NCBI GenBank assembly: GCA_000002445.1
Contig: CM000207.1
Location: forward strand, 2,848,001-2,912,000
Direction of reading: 5' to 3'
DNA from: Trypanosoma brucei
Taxonomy: Eukaryota
DNA length: 64,000 bases
The notes under the pieces are model-generated. The model searched no databases. It saw nothing but the letters and a program-made list of their open reading frames with translations, and had not been told where the DNA came from. Positions within the stretch are counted from its first letter, which is position 1, and every line of letters begins with the position of its first letter. This document shows positions 25,462 through 38,814 of the stretch, piece after piece. Both the position numbers and the translations under genes were made by a program.

Positions 25462-25570
25462 TACACACCGGAAACACACTCATCTAGTTATTATTATTAC
25501 TAACTAGGATAATATCTATGAAATAAACAAAGTAAACTGAATTGGAATATTACTCATCTTTCATACCCTC
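25462..25570 (-). repeat. 70-bp repeat region (short, degenerate)
   Basis: cacaccggaaacacactcatctagttattattattactaactagg... then aaataaacaaagtaaactgaattggaatattac. Confidence 0.65.
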
Positions 25571-25764
25571 TCACTATAACCCGAGCCTACATTTCACTTT
25601 CGTAAAAAATATCATAATAACATATTTTCAAATTTCCATATTTTTTATTTCGCAAAGATTTTATAAAAGTGTAAAAAAGTATCAATTTTTGAAATTTTAT
25701 AAATTTAACAAATCCTCTCAAAATAAAAAATTTAATAATTTTTCATTAAATTCAGAAATGTCAT

Positions 25765-27206
25765 TTGAAAATATAATTATAGGAACAAAACTGCAAGAAA
25801 ATGTAATGCTTTTAATCACAACGAAATTGCTTTCTCTCTCTGCTGTAGACAAGTTCTCTTTAAGAAAGTATTTCGGGGTTGTTTCTCATCAAAATCACAA
25901 CCTTTTTCATCTTTGCAGGGTTTCTCTGTAGTATGCTTTTTTTATTCGCCTGCTGATTTGGGTTGCTCTTCTGGTTTGTCTGTTTTTGTGGGACATGAAG
26001 GGTTTTATTGGTTTTTCTTCTTTTGTTCTTCCTCGTCGACGAATTTTTTGATGGTGTAATAGGTTTCTGCTTTGTAAAGTTCATCAGGGTCGCTTATTGA
26101 ATCGAGCTTTTTATCGGCGTCGTCGATTGCTGCTTTTCCTGGCTTAAAATTTATGTGGGCTTGTTTAACGGCAGTTTTACCTTTTTTCCATCTGTGCCGT
26201 AAAGCTGGTTAGCTAACTCTTTTGTTGATGGGTGGTCCTCTTGAGCGGTTTCAAGTTTGCCCGCCCCCTTTAGTACGTTTGCTAAAATTTTAGTGTCGAC
26301 TTTTTGTCCCGCTTTTGTTAGCCAGTCGCTCGGGTCCGGTACTGCTTCCAAACTTCGTGCAGCGTCGAGCCCTAATGCGATCGCCGCAAGCTGCTGTTTG
26401 TATGTTTCGACGTGTGGAATGGCTGCGCTGCCGGTGCCTGGGTCGTTATACTCACTGCCTGCATTTTTGTGCTTTCGGTTTATTTTTATTAGCTGCGTTT
26501 CGAAGACTTTTCCGCCCTTGAGTCCAACGTTGGTGCCGTCGCCGGTACAGGCTTGGCCGCTGCCGAATACCGCTGTTGAACTTGAGGCGCAGAGGAAAAG
26601 GTCTCCTGTTTTGTCCCCGTCAGATTTGCGAAGTTCGGCAGTTACTAGAGTTATTCGGTCGTATTCGCTGCTTCCTTTGGCGTTTCCTTCTGCTGGGGCG
26701 ACTCGTTTGTTTTGTGCCTCCATGCGCGCTCAGTTTTCATTGGCTAATGTAAATGACAGCGGCCTGTTGCTTTGAGTCTTGTAGCCGGTTGCAGTTGACA
26801 TCGCCTTGTCGGCTAAGGCTAACCCTTTTAGTACTGAAAGTAGCTCCGCCGCTGTTGCACTGGCGCGGAGGGCGGAAGCAGCTTCGTTAATTGTCGGAGT
26901 TTGCTCAGCTACCTTTGTTAGAATTTCCAGTGCCGTTTTTGATGCCTCAGCTGCAGCTGTGTACGCTGTCGCCGCCATTGAAGCGGTTTGGGTCGCTGCC
27001 ATTATCCGCAATTTTGCCGCTGCCCTTGTGAATTCAGCTGCTCTTGACGTTGCGGTTGCCACCGTGGCTTCCATGTTTTTTGCTAGTTCTGTTGCCTGAC
27101 TGCTTGCTGTGCATTCGTCTCCTGCGTCCTTCGCTGCTGTTTCCAATGCGTGCACGCGAATTTGGATGCTTGCTAATAGTATTGTCGTAGCTATTGTTGC
27201 GTACAT
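25765..27206 (-). pseudogene. VSG: VSG pseudogene
   Basis: ATG at 27204-27206 with signal peptide MYATIATTILLASIQIRVHA (inside ORF 26730..27323). That ORF stops at 26730 and ORF 26151..26723 continues the N-domain. The CTD in the rc of 25860-26084 is frameshifted (CDFDEKQPRN..). The 3' boundary is approximate. Confidence 0.7.
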
Positions 27207-29154
27207 ACGGTTGTGTACCAGGTTGTTGCTAGTATTTGAGTTGCTTTCTTTTTTAGTTGCTTGCTTGTGTGTCGCTTTATTGATGGTTTGGTCCCTGTGT
27301 AGCTGTTCAGTGTTTCTGGGCACTGTGAGTTTGTGTCGGAAAGAAAGGTCGCCAAGAACGTTATGTGATGTTACGTCGAGCTGTGTTGCTTGGCCGCGGT
27401 CTTTTTGGTCTTTTGGAGGTCATATTATTGCAATTCGAGTGGTCGACTTCTGAAAATTCAGGCTTGGTTTCTTAAAAATATGGTGACCATAAATCATTGG
27501 TGAATTTATAGAATTAAACCCAAAACAACATTGTTTCCTTTACTGATTTTCCTCTCCACTCCCTCTATCGGCTTTTATTTCAAGCATTTTTGATTTACAG
27601 CAGTTCCAGTTAACACCACGATGGAGAAAGGTTCTACAGTCACCATTGCTCTCAGTACAAGTTTTGAAACTATTTTGTCTGCTTCTGTCACCTATCGCTG
27701 ACTAAAGTTCAGTTTTTATCAATTAACTGCGTCACCAATTTCTTATTGGCATGGAATTAATGCGCTACTGCCGGTTCCAATATCGCCGTTAGTTTTACTT
27801 CATAGATTGTTTTGGTTTTTGAATTTCCTTTGTCTGCATATAATCTTGTTGTCATGAGTGAAAATTCCGCTTGAATCTTTTTGATAAGCTGCGCCATCTT
27901 ATGGTAGAAATGATTATTGGAATGTAACAGCTTACTTTCTAGTAAGAACAACGCTAGCTCCATTTATAAATTCCAAGCCGCTCTTTTTTCATCATCATTA
28001 AAAATTCTACCTATGCCCCAACATTCCAGTCCCGTTGCTGCAACTCATTGAAAAACTTTCCACATATAAATTTCAATGGTTATAGCTGTTAGTGTGTTCT
28101 ATTTTATACAGTTTTGTTCTTGTGTTGACACTGCTGGCGTAACGATTTAACGACGATCTCTTTCAGGGAAGAGATTCTTTATTTGTTTCTGTTTCAGATT
28201 AAGCTGCTCTTTGTTTCACCGACGCTTAAGACAAGGTAATGTTGGAAACAAATATGCTTTTCTCGCCCATTTTGTTTTGTTAAAACTGGTGTTGGTTTTA
28301 AATCAGAGACAAATCTTATGTTAATTACTCTCTCATTTAGAAGTCTGAACGTCTCGCTAGTGCACCAAGCCAACGTTAGTGATCTTTCTTTGTTAACTCC
28401 TCTCCACTTCATATATTTTCTCCACAGCTTCATATGTGTTTTATTTCAAGTACTTTCCTTGTATTCATTGTCCTTGTGCTGTTTATAGAAATCAATTAGA
28501 AGTTTTCATTCTATTCATTCCCCCGATAAATATTATATTGTTTCCTACAAATACTGGTCATTATTACTATGTCCAATGAGAAGACTTCATAGTTACTTGA
28601 AACTTGCACAACACCTCTTACGCCTGTTTCTATTCCTTCCAATTCTTCTTCACAGCTATATATTAGGACTCTGCATCAGATAAAAGGCCCAAGTCAGAAC
28701 CATCGGTGTTGCATACACCCGTTTTTCAGGAAAAATTGGGCCATCATTGACTCTTTATCTTCTTATTACTCCTGGTTTATCATTCTCCCCTGTCCTTTGC
28801 TATTGTGCATCCAGTTGGTTAGTTCCGTATCTTCTTTGCTTCATCTGCCGCCGCTTCTCCAGACAACAATACGAGGGTATTTGGTCTGTGGACAACGTTC
28901 TTCCCCTCGATAATTGTTCTCCTCCACCATCTTCATATGTAAAATGATTCCCATCGTAATATTTTTGGGTTGGAACTGCGCATATCTCCTCCCCTTGTGT
29001 TTCTCTGTCTCCTTATTTATGTTCTTTCTTTAATAATATTTTTCTTTTTTTTCTTTCCTCTTTCTTCATGTCTTACTTACTTACTCCCATAACGTCCTTA
29101 TCATTACTTCAAATAGTTATATATATGGATAAATCAGTAAGACTTCGTTACAAT

Positions 29155-29290
29155 TTCTATAATAATATTAGTATATACACACTCACAACACTCCACTATC
29201 ATTACCATTATTATTACTATTATTACTGCTCTAATTATAATATTCGTATATACACACAACGCTTTCATATCATAATTATCATAACATTGA
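29155..29290 (-). repeat. 70-bp repeat region (2 units)
   Basis: ataatattagtatatacacactcacaacactccactatcattaccattattattactattattactgctctaattataatattcgtatatacacacaac. The second unit contains the ttactgctct..ataatattcgtatatacacac core. Confidence 0.85.
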
Positions 29291-29299
29291 GCAAAAATG

Positions 29300-30728
29300 C
29301 TTTGTGTTTTGAAATACTAAAAGCTTCCAAAATGATAAAAGCAGCAGCAAAAAGATAAAAAATTTTATTTGGAAATAAACGTGGCTTCCTGAAAGCGTCA
29401 CTTTCCTATTTATAATCTTTTTTAGGTTATGTCTTCCATTTTTCTATTGTTGTTTCAGCCCCTCCATTTTGAGTTTGTGATATAGGGACGTTGTTTTCTT
29501 TTGCTTTTGCGGCATTATATTTGCATTTTTTATCGCCCTCAACTGCGTTTTTGTTATAGCTACAGTAAGGCTTGTTGTTGTATCAATATTATTTTGTGAT
29601 TTGATTGCATATCTCCTGGATTTTCTCTGGCTGGCATTTTGTTTGCTGAGCTACTGCGGTTGTAACCAGTTTAGGGCTTATTGCGTCAAAGAATTGATGT
29701 ATCCTCTGTTTGACTCGCTTGTCGTGCCTGCCGCACGGCCACTATTGCCTTGTTGGCTTTTAGTAGGGTGTCTTTTGATATCGTGAGCTCTGTCTGGTCC
29801 TTGCTCCGTCCGACTTCAGCCTCAGTAGTCGCTATGTTTTCGTAGTCCATCTTGTCGGTGGCTTCGCCCAATGTTATTACATTCTTTAGGGCCGCTATCG
29901 CTGGTGTCAGTGAAGCTGCTTTGGTGCTCGCCAGTAATTGTATTTGTGCTAATATGGTGTCGGTGTCGATGGTGCTGGTGGTTTTCCATGCTGTGTCGGT
30001 CGAATCTCTGCTAGTTATTTTCAGTAAGTCACAGACAAAAAAGTTCCACTGTTTCTTCCACCGCTTAAATCTATAAAGCCGTCGGTTGTGTCGAGCCGCG
30101 TTAGCTTACAGCCTTTGTCGGCATCGGCGCCTTTCATTGTTTCGGTTGCTGCCGCTTCTGTAAGTTCAGTAGTGTAGTCCGGTTCCGCGTTTTTCTGGTT
30201 GATGGGCCACTGCGTTGCAAGCTTACCGCTAACGGCGCACGCTCCCATGTGTTCAATTTTGGCCCGATCTGAGCCACTGTTGTCTGCGACCACGCAGTAG
30301 TTCGCGCTGCCGTTATGTGCCGAGAAAAAAAGGTTGACGGTTTCCATTATCGCGCCTGCCGCCTCTGCTGCCACGAGGCCCTTGTGGATCGTGGACTTTA
30401 ATTTTGCTTTGGCTTCCGCTTGCAGTTTCTGCTGGCGCTCCCGGACTAGCATTAGTAGGTCAATGCTTTCCGGAGGTTCCAGCATCTCTTTCTTTTTTAT
30501 GCACTCCGTCATATCGTCCACCACACTTTTTGCCTTTTCGAGCGTTGAATCAACGCTCATCGCTATTGTCGCTGCGAATTCTCCATGAGCGCGCAGCTTA
30601 GTTGCCAGCGTGCACGCGTCGATGAAGCCTTTGGCAGCTAGAGCAGGCCTTACGGAGTGTACAGGACGAGCTACAACTGCGATCACAACGGCTACGCAAG
30701 CGGCCCGGAAGTTGTTGTTTAAGAACAT
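29300..30728 (-). pseudogene. VSG: VSG pseudogene (N-terminal half intact; C-terminal part degenerate; 3'UTR absent)
   Basis: ORF 30021..30728 has signal peptide MFLNNNFRAACVAVVIAVVARPVHS plus an N-domain. Downstream pieces (29686..29871) are in other frames. A relic GPI-like segment at about 29300-29400 abuts the 70-bp repeat with no 16-mer. Confidence 0.7.
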
Positions 30729-32229
30729 TAAAAACTCTTTTCTTTGTTTCGATTTACTACTTGTTGATGTTGTATTTGAAGGTGTTTTTGGTAAAGTTGC
30801 AAAAAATCATCTGTAAGCGGTGTCAGCTATCGACTGTCTTCAATGTTGAAGTTAAGCTTGGGTGCGTTGTTGACGGACGAGTGATTGTCCTACCTGTGCT
30901 TTGTTTCCTTATTTTGCTTTGTGTGGTGGATAAGTTTCTGTGCTTTTTTTTCGGATTATGGCATTGAAGGGGTAGAACCTCATAACACCAGAACCTTCGT
31001 TCTTGGGTCTGCATCTATTTTAACTTTCACCAGCCTATTTAGTAAGTGCTTCTCGATCTTACGGGGCTACAGTATGACGTTCAAGGATTTCTCATGCTTT
31101 TAAAAAAGACAAGTTCCTCCGTCACAGCGCTTTCATCCCTAACCTTTCTTCCTTCTTTTCTATTTTCTTTAACGGATTATCAAAAACCATACTCATTTAC
31201 TGCTGTTGTTAATGTCTCTCCAGTGATTTTATCTTTGCTATTTTTCCGCACTTGTGAAAATACATTACAACTTGCAGCGGTGTATTAACGATACATCCCA
31301 AAAAACTGGCTTTCACTCTTATATCCCATCACCACAGGTTTATTAATTACCATTTTCATTGGCATCACAGTTTTCTCCGATGGATGCACTCATTTTGAAG
31401 CCAAATGCGGACCATTTTTATTCTTCATGCATTTTAATTTTAAGAAAATCCCATGTCCTTGGGAAACAATGGTTTATATCGGCGTAGAGAGCTCAGTTTT
31501 ATATTTTAAGCGTTTTATTTTTCTCTTTTCGTGTTGACATTCTGGGCGCTAATGAGAAGGTTTTGCTTCTCATTTTTCTAAACTCATTCCGTTTGGAACT
31601 TGGATTTTCGTATTTCTTCCATGTTTATTTTTGTGTTTCTACCGCTTTTTTAGTGCTTGTTACTCTCTTTTAAACGTATAAATAGATGAAAATTTAGGAA
31701 AAATAAATACTTATGTAAAATGGATGTAATTTTCTGGTGTTTGGCCGCTGGGTTGCATCTACTTAAGCTATTCTATGTCATCTCATTTATAATCTATTGA
31801 TTCTTCGATTTGAGTTATATTTTCACACTTTCAGCTGACTTCAAACTCGAAAATGTTGAAATGATTTGTTCTATCGGATAACTTGTTCAATTTACTTAAA
31901 TGCAAGGCCCTATAAGCGTCAGTGCCTCTACACTATTTTTTGATGCCATAACAGTTTTATTCATCGCTTCACTTCGATGTTTTTGTGCTTTCTTTTGGTT
32001 TCTGTTGTTATCGAGACATCTACTTTGATGAGGTTGCTTTTAAATTTATTGGAAGCACTTATTTTGTTTTTGTCTGCGACTTTAGTCGTTTTTATTTATT
32101 TTATTTTTTCTTGAGTTACAGCCAGTCGGCAAGCTGCTTAGATTCCGATAATTACAGTGTCCTATGCGCATTTACTCTAGTGTACCACCATTGCACTTTA
32201 GAATTATATTCCCGTTGATATCGTTTCGG

Positions 32230-32470
32230 CAGTGTACCGCTCTGCTTCCCCTTTAGCTTTGCGTTCTAGCCACATTTTGGTTGCTATGTCCATTGCAACT
32301 ACTGCTTTTGAGAATGTGCCGTCCAGCTCTGTTTTGGCTTTTTACTCCATTTCTCTGAGGTAATGTGATGCCTCACAAGCCTTCGTTGTTTTCGCTTTCC
32401 TGTTATGTATTGCGGTTGAGACCGCCTCAAGCAGGCTAACGAGCAGTAATACAAATACAGGGCTTGACAT
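32230..32470 (-). pseudogene. VSG: VSG N-terminal relic (about 80 codons)
   Basis: Reverse complement reads MSSPVFVLLLVSLLEAVSTAIHNRKAKTTKACEASHYLREME..: a signal peptide plus the start of an A-type N-domain (cf. TTTCGASHYMRHL of 13060..14523), then decay. No 70-bp repeat or VSG body is nearby. Confidence 0.6.
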
Positions 32471-34844
32471 GATTTTTTTTATTCTTCTCTTTCCCTTTAG
32501 ATTTCATGGTGGGTTGTGAGGGTTGAGGTGAGGTCTTTGGGCATTGTGTCTCCTTAGAAGCTCTTTATCTAAAGTTGTAGCGGAAAATAGGGGACGTTTT
32601 CTGGCACTTCTTTGCACTTTGTGTAGTGAATTTTTCTGTTCGTTGCTTCTATGGTTAGAGTGCTGTTTTAGATCTGCGAACCAGCATCGGTTTACTTCCG
32701 CTTCTCTTGAAGATATGTTTTGATAATTAGGGGGATTCTGGCCTCGCTATCTGTCTAACAGCCGACCTCTTCACCGCCTTTTCTTATTGATTTGGTTTCT
32801 CTTCGCAGTCTTATACCTTGTTGGCGTCACCTGATTTTTACATTCCCTCAGTAGTGAATAATGCTTGAGTTACAAGGGTTCCAGCGCTGCTGTTAATATG
32901 TGCTTTGCTTACTCTTCGCTTTCTTTTTTCTGTACCAATTTTTATTTTCTTGTTACTTCTGGTATTTGAATTGCTTTCGGCATGAAATTTATTGCATGCA
33001 TTGATACTACAATGTGATACACTCCCACTGTTCTTTATAATACTGCACATTTTTCTCCTACTTAAAATTCAGTTCTTATGGTTTATAATCTACTTTATAT
33101 TCCGTTCATCTTTTTCCCTTACATGCTGATTCAGTAACAATGTAAGATTTCTGTTGCTCCTGGACCCGATTTACTTTTCCTTTTGTCATGAATTATATAT
33201 GCCTGTATATCTTCTCTGTTACAGACATGGAAATTTGTGGCCAGAAAGTGTTTTTGTACTGCTTTTGCTTTATTAATCCACACTGTCAATAGCGGCTTCG
33301 TGACCTCTTTTATATAAATTACACGTTACTTGAAAGGTATTAATATCTCCACAGCATCACAACATGTAATTGAAGAAGTGCAACCATTTATTTTGTAGAC
33401 TTCATACAGTTCTTTCATAGATTCATATATGTGTCATTTCAAGCAGTTTCCTCGTCTACACCTTTTTCTTGCTGTTCTCAGTAATCCATTGGTAGTCTTA
33501 GTTTAAAAATTGATCTGACGATAATATTATAGTGTTATACATAAATGTTAGAAACTATAACCAAGTTTGTTGACGAAAAGAGTTTGACATCATTTCATAC
33601 TTACTTAATCCTTTCCACATATTTGTGGTTTTTTTCCTTATTCTTTATAGCTGAATATCGGGATCCGCTACCACATTAAAAACTATAGATTAGACTGTTA
33701 TATCAGATTTAGCATCTATCCATATTTGAACAAAATACTGAAGATCATTTTGACTCTATATGGTACTGCTAATTGTCGAAACTTACGCTGCTCACATTAG
33801 GGGCATTTACCTTCGCGGATAATTCAACTTCGCATGCTGTGCGTATGATTCATTTCTTTGTGCAGCGATATTGATAGCACTGGGGAGAATTTGATACTGT
33901 TGTTTATCAAGATATTACTCATATCCGCAACTTAAATGCTCCTGTTTCCTCTATTTTTTCTATTTTCTGGTGATGTTTAATGACACTTTTTGCTTTCTTT
34001 TGAATGTAACTCTGTGTAAAACTGTAATAGAAAGAAAATACCTATAAGAAGCGACTACCGTTTTCTAAGAAAGAATTTATATTGGGATATTGTAACTCAC
34101 ATTACTTTTATTCTACTAACTATGCCATTTAAGGCCAATTTTGAACATTTTTGTAATTGATTATAGAAGACGACAAAAACCTGCTTACAATCTTATACCT
34201 TTGCCCATTAACCTCATTTCAACGACCAGAAAGTTTACCTTTTCTACAAAATATTGTGATGCTATAATGTTTTTATTTCTGCCTTTCCTTCGCTGTTACC
34301 TTGCTTTATTTTTCTTTCTGTTTATGTTTAAAAAGTTGGTGTTCAGTTTACTAGCTTGCACAATTTACCGTCTAATTGTTAACTACTTAATCTCTCATTT
34401 CTTTCCTGATTTTGTAATTCAGAAAAAGACAAAATTTAATACGAATAGTAAAAGCGTTAGTAGATTAATACACCTCATTACAATCCGTTGTGTTAATGAT
34501 AGAGCATCGAGCAAAAAATGAATTATTGGAACAGTTCCTGAGATAATATTAGTAGTAGTACTCTTAGATAATTTACACTTTTACCCATTGCTTGTGTAAG
34601 CTGTAGAGACCCAATTTAGACTAAACTAGTTGCTGTATTTTATTTATTATTAAACTCGTTATCTCCTTGTGTATGATTATTTCTATATTCATGTTTCTGT
34701 TTGACATGCGCATATTCCATCTCTTTCTTCTTATCTTTCACTCTGTCTCACTTTCTTACTCACTTAACTACTTCTGTTGCACAATCGAATTGGTTTAAGT
34801 GCTTTTTTTGTCTTCCCATTTAGTCTTCACCACTTTTTTACACG

Positions 34845-34975
34845 ATTAGTATACAAACACCCGCAAAACTCTCATGTAATTATTATCATTACTATTACCA
34901 TTATAACCGTAACTAATATACATAAAATAAGCAAAATGAACCGAATTAGAGTAGCATTCATTTTTATACCCTATA
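34845..34975 (-). repeat. 70-bp repeat region
   Basis: cacccgcaaaactctcatgtaattattatcattactattaccattataaccg... then aaataagcaaaatgaaccgaattagagtagcattc. Confidence 0.75.
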
Positions 34976-35063
34976 AATTTACTACTCTGTACCTATGTAG
35001 GTCATTATACACACTTTTCAATAATATCATTATTTTCATTAAGTTGCACTATTCATCAAAAAG

Positions 35064-35079
35064 TGTTAAAACATATCAA
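35064..35079 (-). promoter_or_regulatory. VSG 3'UTR 16-mer
   Basis: gtgttaaaacatatca, 1 mismatch, about 95 nt below the stop at 35173. Confidence 0.7.
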
Positions 35080-35172
35080 ATTTTAGTAAATTTAAAAATT
35101 CATCCAAATAGAAAACTTTTATAATTTTCAAATTTTCATAAATTTCATGATATTGAAGGAGTATTTTTTAAA

Positions 35173-36660
35173 TTATACCAAAATCACAAGGGTAGAAGTG
35201 GCAATCGGAGTCAATTTCTTATTTAAAAGAAAACTAAAATCTTTGCACCCTTTTCCATTTCATTTGCAACCATCTTTGCAGTCGGACCCAGTTTTTTTTC
35301 GGAGCACTTTCTGCCTTCTGCATTTGGTGTCTCTCCTGCTCCTACTGCTGTGTTTGTCTGTCCTTATCCATCTTTAGGTTTGCAGTAGTTTTCTGTTTTC
35401 TCTGTGCTGCTATCCCATTTGCAGTTATTTGCTGTGCATGTTGTGTTGTTTTTGTGTTGTTCGCATTTTTGCTGTTTTTGTGCAACTGCTGGGTTGTTTT
35501 CAGATGCATGCGCCTTTTCAAGTAGCAAGCGCTTGATTATCATCTCGGCTCTTTTTGTGTAGCTTCGCAGGGCTGCGTTAGTCTTTTTCTGTATAATCGC
35601 TGCTTCATCGGCTTTCTTTTAGTTTCTCCGCTGCTTTTCTAAGGTGCACCTCCCATGCTATTGTCGTTGCCGTTTCGCTGCTTTTGAACGGCGAGCTTTT
35701 GGTGAAGTCCGCGCATGCGGTATTCGCCACGTTTTTGCACTGACGGCTGGTTCCGATTATGCCGAGTACCATGGCTATGTTTCCACTGTCCCCTTTAGTT
35801 TTGAACATGCTTTTTAGAGCTGCAATTTTGCTTTCTATTAGCTCTGCTGTGATCTTTTCAGCTGGGTAGTTTTTGCACACACCGTGGATGGTGTCGTACC
35901 CCGTTTTGAGCCGCGTCGGGTCGTTTGCCGTTAGTTGTGCTGTTACGCCGCTTCCACAGACATCAGTGTTTTGTATATCTCCAAATTTGGAGCACACGCA
36001 CGTTGCAGGTGAGCAGAGTGCATTCCCTACCCGTTGAAGCTCGCAAAGTACTTCGGTGTTACCTGTGTCAGTTATGTTACACCTTTGACTAGCGTTGTCA
36101 TCAATTGTTGGAGAGTTATACGCTGCTGTGTTGAGATCAGTTCTGATTTTCGCTTCCAAATTTTCTAAATCAGGTTTGTATTTGCTGTTGAATTCTTCTT
36201 GTAGTGCTGTCGCCTCTGCTATTATCGCTGCTTGTGCTAGCCTCGCCGCCGACGCTGACGGCGTGGTTAGCAAGCCGCTTGGTATTTTACTTTCTGGACT
36301 AGTGGTCTCCTTTGCGGTGGCCTGCATGTTTACATGAGCCCGCTTTTTGAAGTTAATTTCGCCATATGGTTGATTGGTGTGCCCTTGACAGGCCGCCTTC
36401 TCTCCCAGCTGCGTTGTTTCTTTGGTCGGGTATTTAGCTCACCATGAAGTTTCAGCTAATGTCATGTTTAGCACTTCTAGTGCCGCGAGTTCCTCCTCGG
36501 CGGGTTTCAGTTTAGGAAGCGCCGACATGTCGGCATCTGTGAGTTTGATTAGTTGACAGAGAGCTGAAAGCTCCGCTAGGCTCTGCGCCTGGTCGTCAGT
36601 TGTGCCGCTGCTTTGAGCCAGTACGCATATTGCCACGAAGGTAAATACCTTGCGTCGCAT
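35173..36660 (-). pseudogene. VSG: VSG with three in-frame TGA stops and no frameshift
   Basis: One reading frame runs from the ATG at 36658-36660 (signal peptide MRRKVFTFVAICVLAQSSG) to the GPI tail CKDFSFLLNKKLTPIATSTLVILV* at 35173-35175. It is interrupted only by TGA at 36439-36441, 35605-35607 and 35260-35262 (the last gives CKDGCK*NGKGCKDF where other VSGs here have W). I translated the intervening segments by hand and they are open. Confidence 0.75.
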
Positions 36661-38814
36661 TAGTATATTTTCTGATCTTCGACTATACCTTAACATTTTG
36701 TTAGTTTATACTGCTACTGTCTTGACAGTTATTGCACACGATTTTGAAGTTATTGATAAGGTTTAAAGAAAATTGCCAACGCTGGTGTGCAGTAGCAGTT
36801 TTTAAAGGTGTTTTCGTTTCTGTTTCTAATTATAGTTGTAGCCATTTTGTTCTTCGTCTGAATAACCTGCTGTAGTTATTTACTACCTTGGTTATAACTG
36901 CATTTGCTTGCGGTTTGCTGGCGCTGTTACAGCTAGCTTACCTTTTTACTGCATTTCTCCCTCCGAGAAATAATAATCGTCACCGCACAGCGATTGTTGC
37001 GCTGCCGATAGCTGGTTAATTTTTTCTTTGCTTGTCACGACCGGTGCTACTAACGAGGTAATAACCACGTCTGCAACCGCTGCTGACTCCTTTCTGGTCG
37101 AGTCTGAAAGATGTGGTCTTGTTGCACCTCCGGGCGTGTACCAGTCACTTCCGCCAGAAAAGGTATTTGTTGCGGCAGCTTGTCTGGGTTGTGGAACATG
37201 TTGTTAGTAAGTGAGTTTTTATTTCCACTTTCAGCTTTATTATCCTTGATTTTACGTGTAATACCTTGGCTTTGATGGCGTCGATTACTTTGTTTAAGAA
37301 CAGCCTCTATTGTAAAGTTGTTTTTATTATCGCTTCTTTGTCATCTGTGTTGCTGTTTGTTTAGCTGTTTTTTCTGTACACTGCCGGCATAACGTAAATT
37401 GTTATTGACAACCATCGGGTCTTTCCGTTAATCTTGTGTCGAAATTCCTTAATTTTGGTATAGAGGGAATGTCGCTGCAATTAACCTTGTATGATTTGGT
37501 CCTCTGTCCCCGTTGTTTTACCGTATATTCTTGACGGGATTGGGATTTTATTGGGTTGGTGGTTGCTGTCCAGTGTTTACAAGATCAAAATAAAACGTCA
37601 TAAAGACTGCTCGTAGCTAAAGGAATACCTTTTAAATTTATGTGGCTGTGAATGCTTAGTTTTTTATTCTTTGTTCGGAGAAACGTTTAGGTACCCATTG
37701 TTAAGTCTGCCGCTCGTTGCTCTCTTCGGTCATGGCTACGTGCAGTACGTAGTTAGCTGCATTTCTTACCGCTTCTCTGTGCTATTTTAAACATTTACAC
37801 CACTTCTGGAAACAAAATCCATAATAGATATTTTTGGATCCCTCTTCTTTATCCTTATTTTCTTTAACTAGGCTTTGATTATTTTATAATATGCACTATT
37901 ATTGACTATGTAAGTCACTGCTACATTAGATCGACAGATTGTTAGTCCGTCCTTTTGGGCTGTACGGTCTGGGAAGTTTGTAAAGAGGAGTTTGCTTAGC
38001 CGAAAATTATGGGATTCTACCTATTATTTTTTGTCATCGTGTATCTGTTGTGTTTAGTGTAGAGGCTATAATGAGAACATATTTCATTATAAGATAAAAA
38101 TACCACAAAATTTCTATGCCTGATTGTTAGAAGCTTCTGCTTAGCTATCAGTTCTGTCTGACGGAAATTCTTCATTACGCGCAAACAGCATAACCATGTA
38201 GCATCGTTGTTTCTCACGGACTTCCTCACTCTTCTGTTTTTTTTCTGCATCACTGTCGTTTCTGGACCGAATGCACTTTATTTCTTGAAGCATCGGACCC
38301 GCATGTATTTTTCTAGGTGCTTTTTGTCTCTACGCTTATTTAGCTGCTCCTCAGAAACCACTTATTGTATGGACTGCGCGCTTTTTAAAATACCTTAGCA
38401 TCTGGAAAGTATACCAATAAAGAATTGGAGGGGTATCACCGTTTTTCGTGTCCAGTTTATTAAGCTTCTCTGTCGTTTAATATACGTCCTTCCTTATTTT
38501 TTAGCGCTTGCTTTATCTGTGCCTCAGTAACCATATTCTAATGTTTTTTCTACGAATGACAAATTAAGTCCAGTTCTATCGGCCGATGGCCTCTGTGTCC
38601 TCATAATTTTAATCTTTTACTTTTCCGAGAGATTATGATGTTATCGCTCAGCTCTGCGTTTCATTCTGCACATAAGCTGTGTCCAATGGTTCATGATGTG
38701 TTGTAACTTATCTTTTTCCTCTCTTACATTATTTTTTAATTACTTATTTACTCCCACTGTGACAGCGCCATTGTTTTAAGTGTTTCACATCACCTGCAAA
38801 TGCCGTTCACCACC

